Assembly (NCBI GenBank): GCA_030629005.1
Contig: DAOVPV010000006.1
Coordinates: 3,472 to 67,471 of the forward strand
Length of the DNA: 64,000 nt
Direction of reading: 5' to 3'
From: a bacterium
GTDB lineage: Bacteria > Babelota > Babeliae > Babelales > UASB340
A model generated the notes under the pieces. The model was not told where the DNA came from. It was given only the letters and a program-made list of their open reading frames with translations, and did not search any database. How positions within the stretch are numbered: the stretch's first letter is position 1; each line of letters starts with the position of its first letter. This document shows, piece after piece, positions 17,280-26,622 of the stretch. The translations under genes and the position numbers were made by a program.

Positions 17280-18410
17280 ATGGCAATACAAGCAGGTCTA
17301 GTTGGCCTTCCAAATGTTGGAAAATCTACTCTTTTTAATGCGTTAACAAAATCCGGAATACCATCGGAAAATTATCCTTTCTGTACTATAGACCCACACG
17401 TTGCAATTACGAATGTTCCAGATAAAAGATTAGATAAACTTTCCGAAATATTTAGTTCACAAAAAATAATACCTGCGACAGTACAATTTTGCGATATCGC
17501 AGGCCTTGTAAAAGGTGCATCCAAAGGCGAAGGTTTAGGCAACCAATTTTTATCTAATATTATGGGCGTCGATTTAATAATTCACGTTTTGCGTTGCTTT
17601 GAAGACAAAAATGTAACACATGTGCATGACAACATAGATCCGATGGATGATTTTGAAGTAATAACATCCGAGCTTATGTTAAAAGATTTAGAGTCGTTAG
17701 AAAAACGTGAAGAAAAAATAAACTTATTATTAAAAACCGCCAAAAATAAAAGCTTTACACCAAATCAAATAAAAGAACTTGAAGAAGAGCTAGAATTTGT
17801 CTCAAAAATAAAAAACTTTATAAACTCTGGAAACTTTTATTCTGTTCAAAACATAGTAAAAGAATCTTCAAAAAATAATATAAAAACTGTAGATCTTTTA
17901 AGTGCAAAAAACTTTATAATAGTTGCCAATATATCCGAAGACGATTTACAAAATAAAAACTACTTAAATAGTGAACATTATAAAAAACTTGTAAACAAAT
18001 TTGGCGAACAAAAAGTTATTGCAATTTCCGCTAAAATAGAAGCCGAATTGGCGCAACTAGAAAAAGACGAAAAAAATGAAATGCTAGAGGCTCTAGAAAT
18101 AGATGAATCTGGTTTAGACAAAGTTATTAGAGGTACATACAAAAATCTTGGTCTTATAACATTTTTTACATGCGGACCAAAGGAAGCCCATGCATGGAGC
18201 ATTAGAGAAAACACTAAAGCACCACAAGCTGCTGGAGAAATTCATTCTGATTTAGAACGAGGTTTTATATGCGCTGTTGTTTATAATTATGATGATATAA
18301 TTCAAGCTGGTAGCGAGGCTAAGCTTAGGGATATTGGTAAAATTAAAACTGAAGGTAAAGATTATATTGTACAAGATGGTGATATAGTTTTAATTCGATT
18401 TAACGTTTAA
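17280..18410 (+). CDS. ychF: ribosome-binding ATPase YchF
   Basis: GLVGLPNVGKSTLFNALT and the C-terminal TGS-like FFTCGPKEAHAWSI...RGFI match the OLA1/YchF family. Confidence 0.95.
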   Translation: MAIQAGLVGLPNVGKSTLFNALTKSGIPSENYPFCTIDPHVAITNVPDKRLDKLSEIFSSQKIIPATVQFCDIAGLVKGASKGEGLGNQFLSNIMGVDLIIHVLRCFEDKNVTHVHDNIDPMDDFEVITSELMLKDLESLEKREEKINLLLKTAKNKSFTPNQIKELEEELEFVSKIKNFINSGNFYSVQNIVKESSKNNIKTVDLLSAKNFIIVANISEDDLQNKNYLNSEHYKKLVNKFGEQKVIAISAKIEAELAQLEKDEKNEMLEALEIDESGLDKVIRGTYKNLGLITFFTCGPKEAHAWSIRENTKAPQAAGEIHSDLERGFICAVVYNYDDIIQAGSEAKLRDIGKIKTEGKDYIVQDGDIVLIRFNV

Positions 18411-18429
18411 TATATATTTTATACTTTCT

Positions 18430-20328
18430 TTAAAAATTTAATTCTTCCCAAAGAGCTAAATTTTTATTTAGCTCTTTTTCAAGTTTATTTAAAATATATA
18501 AAGTTTGATCGTAATCCTTTGAACCATACTCTAAGCTTTCAAACTTTTTAGTTAAAAGCTCTAACTCAACTTCTTGTTTTGATATTTTAGTCTCTAAGCG
18601 CCTAATAAGTTTTCTTTTTTCATAATCGTTTTCTTTGAGTTTTGTTTTATGACAAATATCCTTAGCTTTAGATTCTATAATTTCTGCATCTTGCAAAACT
18701 TCTTTCTGCGCATTTTTTTGAACCAAAAAAGAATCGTAATTACCTTTATACTTATAAGCTGAATCTTCTTTTAGTTCTATAATAGAAGTTGCAAGATTAT
18801 TTAAAAAATCTCTATCGTGAGAAACAAATAAAACAGTTCCATCATATTTTTTAAGAACATTTAACAAAACATCTTTAGATTCTATATCAAGGTGATTTGT
18901 AGGCTCATCTAATAATAAAAAATTTGCATTTTGTAGCAAAACTTTTATCATTGCAACACGATTTTTTTCACCACCACTCAAAACACTTACTCTTTTGTCA
19001 ACATCATCACCACTAAAAAGAAATGCTCCGAGAAGCCCACGAACTCTCTGTCTTTGCTCCGATGTTTTGCAAGCAGATTCTACCTCTTTAATTAAATCAT
19101 TTTTTAAATTTAAAGATTTATTTTGATCTTGTTCAAAAAAAGCAGTTTTTACATTATGACCAAGCTCAAAAGAACCTGCATTACTTTTCAATTTATTCAT
19201 AATAATGTTGAGCACCGTTGATTTACCCTGGCCATTGGGTGCTACAATAGCAACCATTTCACCACGCTCAATTTCAAACGAAATATCTTTAAATATTTTT
19301 TTATCAGCAAAACTTTTTGATAATTTTTTCACAGTTAAAACAATTTTTCCGGTTCGCACTACTTTAGGTAAGCTAAAACGCATTATCTGTGATTTAGGTT
19401 CTAGCTTTACCATCTCTATTTTGTCTAAAGCCTTTAGCCTACTTTGAACCATTTTCGCTTTTGTAGCGGACGCCCTAAATCTATCGATTAACTCTCGTTC
19501 TTTTTTTAAAAACTTTTGTTGTTCCACAAATTTCTTTTCCAAAAGTTCTTGATTATGTTTTTTCTGTTCTAGATATTTAGAATAATTACCTGTAAAAATA
19601 TTTATATGACCTAAGCTTACCTCATAAATTTGATTACAAAGTTTATCTAAAAAATATCTATCGTGGCAAACCAACATAAAACCAAAGCCGGAAGAAGCAT
19701 TTAATGTTTGGGATCTTTTTAAAAAATCCAAAAACCAATCTTTTGCAACCAAATCCAAATGGTTTGTAGGTTCATCAAATAAATAAAAGTCAGCTTTTTG
19801 TAATAAAAGTTTTGCCAAAACCAACCGCATTTTCCAACCAACAGAAAGAGTTTGTACAGGATCTGTAAATTGTTGTTCGCGAAACCCAAGCCCCAATAAA
19901 ATATTTTTTGCTTCTGTTATTTTTTTTTCAAATTCTAATTCTTGCAAATTGATTTGTAACAAAGAATATCTCTCTAAATCTTCTACACTGCTATCATCTA
20001 ATTTTTTTTCTAAAGAATTATACTCTTCTACTAAATCACCTAAATTACCTAACATTATTTTATAGATATTAAGAGCTTCTCTAAAAATAGTCTTCTCTGA
20101 TAGAAGGATTACGTTTTGTGGTAAATATGCAACCTTTTTGTCGCCCTGGATATTAATTTGACCAGAGTCATACTCCTGTTGCCCTGCAATAATTTTTAGC
20201 AATGTCGTTTTTCCAGAGCCATTTCTACCAACAAGACCAATTCTTTGATTTGAATTAACTGTAAAAGAAATATTATCAAAAATGGCACATTGCCCAAAAT
20301 TTAAGCTTAAATTTTTTACTATAAACAT
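18430..20328 (-). CDS. ABC-F family ATPase (Uup/YheS/EttA-like)
   Basis: Two ABC cassettes are present: GRNGSGKTT with LSVGWKMR, and APNGQGKST with LSGGEKNR. There are no TM domains, and the C-terminus is a coiled coil. Confidence 0.9.
   Translation of the reverse strand: MFIVKNLSLNFGQCAIFDNISFTVNSNQRIGLVGRNGSGKTTLLKIIAGQQEYDSGQINIQGDKKVAYLPQNVILLSEKTIFREALNIYKIMLGNLGDLVEEYNSLEKKLDDSSVEDLERYSLLQINLQELEFEKKITEAKNILLGLGFREQQFTDPVQTLSVGWKMRLVLAKLLLQKADFYLFDEPTNHLDLVAKDWFLDFLKRSQTLNASSGFGFMLVCHDRYFLDKLCNQIYEVSLGHINIFTGNYSKYLEQKKHNQELLEKKFVEQQKFLKKERELIDRFRASATKAKMVQSRLKALDKIEMVKLEPKSQIMRFSLPKVVRTGKIVLTVKKLSKSFADKKIFKDISFEIERGEMVAIVAPNGQGKSTVLNIIMNKLKSNAGSFELGHNVKTAFFEQDQNKSLNLKNDLIKEVESACKTSEQRQRVRGLLGAFLFSGDDVDKRVSVLSGGEKNRVAMIKVLLQNANFLLLDEPTNHLDIESKDVLLNVLKKYDGTVLFVSHDRDFLNNLATSIIELKEDSAYKYKGNYDSFLVQKNAQKEVLQDAEIIESKAKDICHKTKLKENDYEKRKLIRRLETKISKQEVELELLTKKFESLEYGSKDYDQTLYILNKLEKELNKNLALWEELNF
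19688..19708 (+). repeat. 21-nt hairpin-core repeat, copy 5
   Basis: CCGGAAGAAGCATTTAATGTT has 2 mismatches. It lies in + polarity inside a - strand gene, where it is read as TLNASSG. Confidence 0.85.
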
Positions 20329-20613
20329 AATTCTCTTAAAATTTTAATTATAAATAAATGATAATTAAGTTTAACACAAGAAATGTATTAATGCATAAGC
20401 TCAACAATAACAAAACAATTAACTTCAACAATCCCATTTAAAGCAATATTCCAAGAAACACTTACTATTTAAGTTTATATAGCCATTCTTAATCTTTTGT
20501 GTTTTACTAAATTGTAATAAAAACACGATTAATTCATCAAATCATCAGGGAAAACCCGATTCTAAAATATATCTACATCAATATATTTATTTTAGCTAAA
20601 GAAAGAGAACAAT

Positions 20614-21816
20614 ATGCCAGAAAACAAAATCGGATTAAAAACAGCTGTTGTAATTGGTATCAATGCAATGATCGGCTCCGGAATTTTAACAATTCCAACA
20701 ATGCTTTCTAATGCTGCCGGCCCCGCTGGAATAATAAGTATGATATTAGGAATAATATTGGTTTTGAGCATTGCATTATCTTTTGGAAGATTAACAAAGT
20801 ACTATTCTGCAACAGGATGGAGTTATAATTATCCATCAAAATGGGCAGGACATAAAACAGGAATTCTTTCAGCATTCTTTTACTTGTTCGGAATAATTGT
20901 TGGAATGGGATTTGTTGTACAACAATCTGGTATCTGGGTCAACAAAATCTTTCCAAGTGTAAACCCAAGTATTCTTGGAATTATTGTAATTTTTATTTTA
21001 ACACTGCTTGTTTTAGCAGGAGCAAAAACTTCTTCCTGGGCACAATATTTAATAGTACTTTTTGTTCTAATTCCATTAATTGCGACATCTATTTTTTGTT
21101 GGTCAAATTTTGATATACATCTTACAACACCGTTTATGCCAAATGGTCTTAGCTCCGTATTTAACTCTTTAACAATTGCTTTATTTGCAATGTTTGGATT
21201 TGAAAGCATTGCTTCACTTTATCCTATTGTAGAAAATCCAGAAAAAAATGTTTCTAAGGCCTTTATCTATTCAATCGCAATAGTTGGTCTAGCATATATA
21301 TTGTTTTCTTACGGGGTATTATTTTCTATCCCATCAGAACATTTTGCACAAGGATTAAGCGAACCGATCTCTTCTGTTTTAGCAAGATACTTTCCACAAG
21401 CAAAATATCTATATCTTTTTATTTTTGTTAGCGCTCTAGCCGGAATTATTGGAACAATCCACTCCATGTTATGGTCAGTAAGCGAACTTTTTACAGATGT
21501 TTTAAAACTAACAAAATTAAAATTTATACAAAAATTAATTAAAAAAAATATTTGGAACTTTAAAGTTGCGGTCATTATTACAGCACTATTAATGACAATT
21601 GCAGCAATTTTTGTTGAAGGTTTCTTTTTAGTTTCTATGACCTCTTTGTTTATTGTTTCTTCATATATTTTATCCATAATGCTTCTATTATTTGAAAAAG
21701 CTGAATGGAAATCTAGACATAATTACATAACACTCATTGGACTTTTCGGTGGAGGAATTTTAATATATTTTGCTTTTAAAAGTTCATTAAACACTCTTTT
21801 AAACTTAATTATGTAA
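20614..21816 (+). CDS. APC-superfamily amino acid permease
   Basis: 400 aa with about 11-12 TM helices. The N-terminal motif AVVIGINAMIGSGIL is typical of amino acid/polyamine permeases. Confidence 0.8.
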   Translation: MPENKIGLKTAVVIGINAMIGSGILTIPTMLSNAAGPAGIISMILGIILVLSIALSFGRLTKYYSATGWSYNYPSKWAGHKTGILSAFFYLFGIIVGMGFVVQQSGIWVNKIFPSVNPSILGIIVIFILTLLVLAGAKTSSWAQYLIVLFVLIPLIATSIFCWSNFDIHLTTPFMPNGLSSVFNSLTIALFAMFGFESIASLYPIVENPEKNVSKAFIYSIAIVGLAYILFSYGVLFSIPSEHFAQGLSEPISSVLARYFPQAKYLYLFIFVSALAGIIGTIHSMLWSVSELFTDVLKLTKLKFIQKLIKKNIWNFKVAVIITALLMTIAAIFVEGFFLVSMTSLFIVSSYILSIMLLLFEKAEWKSRHNYITLIGLFGGGILIYFAFKSSLNTLLNLIM

Positions 21817-21825
21817 GAAATAATT

Positions 21826-22596
21826 TTACTTCGATTTTTCAGCCAAATCTAAATAAAGGTCTAACGATTTATCTACTACATTAAAAATAATTTGATAATA
21901 ATCTGAATAATCACCAGACATTTCTGCTTTAGAAATAGACCTTATATAAGCAAGCTTATCCTCAACTTTTATTATTGCAGGAGGAAATCCAGACTGCATT
22001 AAAATCAAATCCATAAGTAGTCTTGCGCTTCGACCATTTCCATCAACAAAAGGGTGGATCATAACCAATTTTATGTGAGCATCAGCTGCAATTTTAACAG
22101 GATGTTCTTTTGTACAATGCAACCATTTAATAAAATCATCCATCAATTCTGGTACTTTTATAGGCTCTGGTAGCACAGAATCGGAACCCGCTATTTTTAC
22201 TGCTATTTTTCGCAATTTACCTGCATTTTTATCATCTATTTGTTTTAAAATTAAATAGTGAAAATTTAAAAAATCTTTTAAATTTATATCTTGAATTTTT
22301 TTACCTACAAATTTTTTTATATAATCAATAGCAAAAGCTAGATTTTTAGCTTCCAAATGCTCACGAATACTCTTGCCTCCAATAGTAATTCCTTTTTCAA
22401 CAACAAGTGTAGTTTCTTGTTTCGTTAAAGTATTACCCTCAATGGCGTTCGAATTATAAGTTGATTCTATCTTAAACCAATCATCCAAATTCTTTACAAG
22501 CTCTTTTGATAAAGGCCTAAGACTATCTAATTTATTTTTTTTATTATCAATAATTTCTAATAGTTTACCCATGGTATTACCTCGTTTATTCGTCAC
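21826..22596 (-). CDS. Fic-domain protein (AMPylase family)
   Basis: The Fic motif HPFVDGNGRSARLL is present. An N-terminal SNAIEG matches the intramolecular inhibitory motif (S/T)xxxE(G/N). Confidence 0.9.
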   Translation of the reverse strand: MTNKRGNTMGKLLEIIDNKKNKLDSLRPLSKELVKNLDDWFKIESTYNSNAIEGNTLTKQETTLVVEKGITIGGKSIREHLEAKNLAFAIDYIKKFVGKKIQDINLKDFLNFHYLILKQIDDKNAGKLRKIAVKIAGSDSVLPEPIKVPELMDDFIKWLHCTKEHPVKIAADAHIKLVMIHPFVDGNGRSARLLMDLILMQSGFPPAIIKVEDKLAYIRSISKAEMSGDYSDYYQIIFNVVDKSLDLYLDLAEKSK

Positions 22597-22619
22597 AACT
22601 TACATAAATTTATTTAATA

Positions 22620-22699
22620 ACTGGATACTGAAACAAGTTCAGCATGACAATTGAAATACCAAGTCCTCTTGTCATTCTGAACTTGTTTCAGAATCTAGT
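22620..22699. repeat. nested palindromic MITE-like element, copy 2
   Basis: The arms are AACTGGATACTGAAACAAGTTCAGCATGACA and TGTCATTCTGAACTTGTTTCAGAATCTAGT. It is intergenic between the NurA-like and Fic genes. Confidence 0.8.
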
Positions 22700-22721
22700 C
22701 TATATTATTCATTTATTATTT

Positions 22722-23909
22722 TTAAACGCCAATACCACGTTTTTTAATACTCTTTTGCGAAAAAAATAATCTTTTATTTTGCTCAAAAGCTTCCCGCTGT
22801 AATAAACTATAAAAAAATTCACGGTCTGGACCCTTTACAACTGCAGCTTCATGCGCATAAGCCAAAGTTACAGGATAACCTAAACCCTTTTTTATTTGGT
22901 CTAAAGCAACCGCGGACAAAAAATCTAACATATCTTTATCTTGCGCAATATAGGCGAAAGTTTCTATACGCACAACTTCTACATCTGCATTTAAATAAAA
23001 AAAACATGGCTTTAGATGTTCTGGATAACTCTTTGTAATTTTTGAATTACTAAAAAAAATATTACTACGTTCATTTATATTTAAATAAGTTTTTGCTATT
23101 CGTGTATCTATTAAATTATCTACAGCCTTACATGGAAAATCACTATAAACTCTGTGACAAGAAATACATTCTGCAAAATCAAACCGACATAAACCTAGCT
23201 TTATTAAATTTACAAGCTCTTTGCTTTTAGGAAAACTTATAAAACCAGCTATTATTTTTTTATTCTCATAAAATTTTTGCAAAATATTTAAGTATGAATT
23301 CAAGAACAAATCTTTAATTTCTTCTGGTTTAGATTCTAAAAACCAAAAAATTACCGTACCATCTACAAACGCAATATCTATATTTTCTTCTAAAGTTAAT
23401 TTTAGCAAATTTAATAATTCAAGTTCCTCTCTCTTTAAATCTACAATATCATTAGAAAAATTTATCTTATTATTTTGATCTAAAAAATCTTGAATTATAA
23501 AAAGAGTTGGCTCTGAATTTATTTTTACAGAACTATTTTCGTCGGAAGAAACATTTAATCTTGAAGAAACATTTAATATTTTTGAATATTTTATCTGACA
23601 ACTACCAATATTTATTAAAAAACAACCTGAATTAGAAATATTTCGGTCTGGATATATCTGAGAACCATCTACAGATAGTATAGAATAATCATTTTTTTGA
23701 ATTGGAATTTTAAATTTATCAGACAAATTACCAGCCCACGATGGAACCAAAAAACTTGCGTTAGAATTTTCTACTTTAGCTTTAAATTTAGAATCTACAG
23801 AAATACTTTGCCATTTTTCCTGAGCTATACTTGACTGCTCTGTAAAATTATTAAAAAGCTTATCTGCATTTTTTTTTAGTTGTAAAAAAAGACTATTTTT
23901 ATTTAACAT
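22722..23909 (-). CDS. NurA-domain nuclease-like protein
   Basis: ILSVDGSQIYPD, FVDGTVIFW and the C-terminal GYPVTLAYAHEAAVV resemble the NurA nuclease family pattern from memory. No HerA-like partner is adjacent. Confidence 0.45.
   Translation of the reverse strand: MLNKNSLFLQLKKNADKLFNNFTEQSSIAQEKWQSISVDSKFKAKVENSNASFLVPSWAGNLSDKFKIPIQKNDYSILSVDGSQIYPDRNISNSGCFLINIGSCQIKYSKILNVSSRLNVSSDENSSVKINSEPTLFIIQDFLDQNNKINFSNDIVDLKREELELLNLLKLTLEENIDIAFVDGTVIFWFLESKPEEIKDLFLNSYLNILQKFYENKKIIAGFISFPKSKELVNLIKLGLCRFDFAECISCHRVYSDFPCKAVDNLIDTRIAKTYLNINERSNIFFSNSKITKSYPEHLKPCFFYLNADVEVVRIETFAYIAQDKDMLDFLSAVALDQIKKGLGYPVTLAYAHEAAVVKGPDREFFYSLLQREAFEQNKRLFFSQKSIKKRGIGV
23542..23580 (+). repeat. 21-nt hairpin-core repeat, copies 7 and 8 (tandem, 18-nt period)
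   Basis: The sequence is TCGGAAGAAACATTTAATCTT followed by GAAGAAACATTTAATATT. In the - strand gene it is read as ILNVSS-RLNVSS. Confidence 0.85.
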
Positions 23910-23986
23910 AAAATTCTTAGTTTTTATAAATTAACAAATCCAAGCATTAAACCTAGCTTAAATAAATATAAAAAAAAATAGAAATA

Positions 23987-24016
23987 GAAAAAGCCCTTAA
24001 AAAATATGGGCTTTTT
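23987..24016 (-). terminator. rho-independent terminator after acidic repeat protein gene
   Basis: The hairpin AAAAGCCC / GGGCTTTT is followed by a T-run on the - strand. Confidence 0.7.
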
Positions 24017-24047
24017 CACTTTTTAAATATAAAGCTATCTTTTACAT

Positions 24048-24857
24048 TTAAAAATCTTTACCAAAAGATAAATCTGCTAATTCTTGATAAAGCTCTTCAT
24101 CTTCTTTTAATTTCTCAGGCAATTCCATCTTTTCCTCTTTTTCTACATCATCAGATTCTTCATCATCTGGCAAATCCAAAATCATTTTTTCATCATCAAT
24201 AATCTTCTCTTCATCTTTTGGCTCTTCTGCAATAACTTCTTCTATTATTTCAACTTCAGGCTCTTCAACATCTTCTGTTATTTCAACTTCAGGTTCTTCA
24301 ATCTCTTGCTCTTCAATCTCTTGCTCTTCAAACTCCTGCTCTTCAACCTCTTGCTCTTCAAACTCCTGAGCTACAGGCTCAACAACAATCTTTTCTTCTA
24401 TTATTTCAACTTCAGGTTCTTCAACTTTTTCTATAACTTCTTCGACAACCGGCTCTGCAACCTCTTGCTCTTCAACCCCTTGCTCTTCAACCGTTGATTC
24501 AAAAACACTTGGCTCTTCAACATCTTCTGTTACAACTTCAGCTACGGGCTCAACAACAATCTTTTCTTCTATTATTTCAACTTCAGGTTCTTCAACATCT
24601 TCTGTTACAACTTCAGCAACAGGCTCTACAACCTCTTGCTCTTCAACCTCAGGTTCTTCAACTTTTTCTATAACCTCTGTTACAACCTCAGCAACAGGCT
24701 CAGCTTTAATCTCTTCTTCAACAGCCGGCTCAACTACCGACGCCGTTAATTCCGAATCCGAAAATTCGGAACCTAAATCAAAACCGGCTTCTGAATTTAT
24801 AAAAGCTATAAATAATATTTGCACTATTATTAATAATAGATAAATTCTTTTATTCAT
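24048..24857 (-). CDS. secreted, extremely acidic E/V-rich repeat protein
   Basis: A signal peptide MNKRIYLLLIIVQILFIAFINSEAG is followed by repeated EPEVEIIEEKIVVEPVAEVVTEDVEEP units. Identical 50-nt blocks occur at 24376-24425 and 24547-24596, spaced 171 nt (57 codons) apart. Confidence 0.75.
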   Translation of the reverse strand: MNKRIYLLLIIVQILFIAFINSEAGFDLGSEFSDSELTASVVEPAVEEEIKAEPVAEVVTEVIEKVEEPEVEEQEVVEPVAEVVTEDVEEPEVEIIEEKIVVEPVAEVVTEDVEEPSVFESTVEEQGVEEQEVAEPVVEEVIEKVEEPEVEIIEEKIVVEPVAQEFEEQEVEEQEFEEQEIEEQEIEEPEVEITEDVEEPEVEIIEEVIAEEPKDEEKIIDDEKMILDLPDDEESDDVEKEEKMELPEKLKEDEELYQELADLSFGKDF

Positions 24858-25238
24858 ATTCCCCCCACAGAAATACTACTTTTTTAATATATTTAACATA
24901 TTTTCTATATAACAACTCTAGTATATTACAACTGGAAATTATTTTTCAATAAAAATCTAAATATCTCAAATATATCTGAATATAACAAGATAAAATTAAT
25001 TAAAATTTATATTTATAAAAGAAAAATGATAAAATTTACAGATAAAAATTGCGAATAATCTTGGTCCTTCCCAAGATTATTCGCAATAACGAAGCATTAT
25101 AAAAATGTAGCCCCCTCAAACTCTCCATTATTATTCCCTAAACATTTCCCCTTATAAACTCAATATAAAATTTATAAACAACTTAATGCAATTTTTTTTC
25201 AAAATTCTAGTTTTTGCCTTCAAAAATGGGATTAAAAT

Positions 25239-25550
25239 CTAATAATTTAAAAAAACAGGGGATTTTCCTTTATAATTACCCATTTTATACTTAATTCTGT
25301 ATATCAAATGTTTATATCTATCATCATTTATATTCGAATCTTCTAAAGATTTAATAAGTATAGCAATAGAAGCATAAATGAAACAATCTGAGAAATATCT
25401 AAATTCATCGCCCAATAAATTCCAACATTTTGTTAAAACAAAAGAAATAAAATCAATTGAAACATCAAGATCATTTTCAACAAGAATAGCCATAAAAAGT
25501 ATGGCTGAAGAAAATGAATAACCAAGCGACAGATCCCAATTCTTAGGCAA
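25239..25550 (-). CDS. hypothetical protein or gene remnant
   Basis: 103-aa ORF with a TTG start, no clear RBS and no recognised family. Support is weak. Confidence 0.3.
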   Translation of the reverse strand: MPKNWDLSLGYSFSSAILFMAILVENDLDVSIDFISFVLTKCWNLLGDEFRYFSDCFIYASIAILIKSLEDSNINDDRYKHLIYRIKYKMGNYKGKSPVFLNY

Positions 25551-25643
25551 ATCAAAAGGCGGTGTTAAAATACCGTTTTATTATATTACGTCCTCATTAA
25601 AACAACAAACGCCGGTGCTGACTCTGTTAGAGCGAAGTAAAAA

Positions 25644-26264
25644 TTATTCTGTAAAATTTTTACTTCTAAAAATAAAAAACTGAAGACAAAAGATAAAATA
25701 AACAACAACTCCCCTTAAACTATTTAAATAAGTTTGTTGTGGTAACCCTAAACAAAAAGCGGCAATAACTTCTATAAAATCACCCATTCCCATAATGGTC
25801 AGCAATCCAAAACTCAATCCTTGCACAGAGCTACTTTTGTAATTTTTAAAAATTTGAGGAATTTGATGAACAGCCCAAATTGTTGCCATAAGCCAACCTA
25901 AAAGATTTCCAATAAACATAGGATTTTTCACAGCAAAGGGGGTTAATATTAAAAAAAACAAAATGAAACTAATTAAAAAAAATAATTTTAATTTTACTTC
26001 TTTCTTATCTGAATAATAAAACCTCTGCAAAATTAAAATTAAAACTAAAATAAAGCCTGAAGGTATAAAAATTTTATGGGCCAATGTTAAATCTAAGCAA
26101 AAAACATAAAAAATATATGCCATATATGCATAAAAATAACCAATAAACAAAAAGTCACTTAAACCCTTAGTCGATTTAAGCTTAAAATTTAATCTAATTT
26201 GAGGTAAAATACCTAAAAAAAATATCGTTTGAGATATCCAAGGAAACAACAATTTTAAATTCAT
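25644..26264 (-). CDS. PQ-loop repeat membrane protein (two PQ motifs)
   Basis: LGILPQIRLNFKLKSTKGLS and HQIPQIFKNYKSSSVQGLS are two PQ-loop motifs. The protein has about 7 predicted TM helices. Confidence 0.75.
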   Translation of the reverse strand: MNLKLLFPWISQTIFFLGILPQIRLNFKLKSTKGLSDFLFIGYFYAYMAYIFYVFCLDLTLAHKIFIPSGFILVLILILQRFYYSDKKEVKLKLFFLISFILFFLILTPFAVKNPMFIGNLLGWLMATIWAVHQIPQIFKNYKSSSVQGLSFGLLTIMGMGDFIEVIAAFCLGLPQQTYLNSLRGVVVYFIFCLQFFIFRSKNFTE

Positions 26265-26566
26265 AATCTATCCAATATTATTTATACCTAAGTCTTTATC
26301 TCGCATTCCAAGATACCAAATCAAACATCACAGGTTCGGTAATTATCGATACTATCGTAACATTAAGCTATATGCCCTAAGAGGTATTGCGTCAGATTCC
26401 CCTTTTCCACTGCCACTAGAAATATCTTTTTCTAATATGTTCAATGTAGATATACATACTTTTTATTAAGCCTAAACCCTAATTTTAATAAATTTTTTTC
26501 TAAATCAAAAGCATGAGTTGCCCCAATAATTATAATTAACTATTTAACCCAATATCACTATCACCA

Positions 26567-26610
26567 TTTTACAATTAAGCCGAGCTTTAACGCTCGGCTT
26601 AATTGTAAAA
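26567..26610. other. perfect 19-bp inverted repeat (hairpin) just downstream of pepA
   Basis: TTTTACAATTAAGCCGAGC-TTTAAC-GCTCGGCTTAATTGTAAAA. No classical U-tract follows beyond the A/T ends of the stem. Confidence 0.6.
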
Positions 26611-26622
26611 ATTATCTAAACT

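Noticed and set aside
24048-24857. A regularly spaced repeat pattern that could superficially suggest a CRISPR-like array.
   Set aside because: The repeats are in frame within a signal-peptide ORF and of variable length. They have no spacer-repeat regularity, and no cas genes are present.
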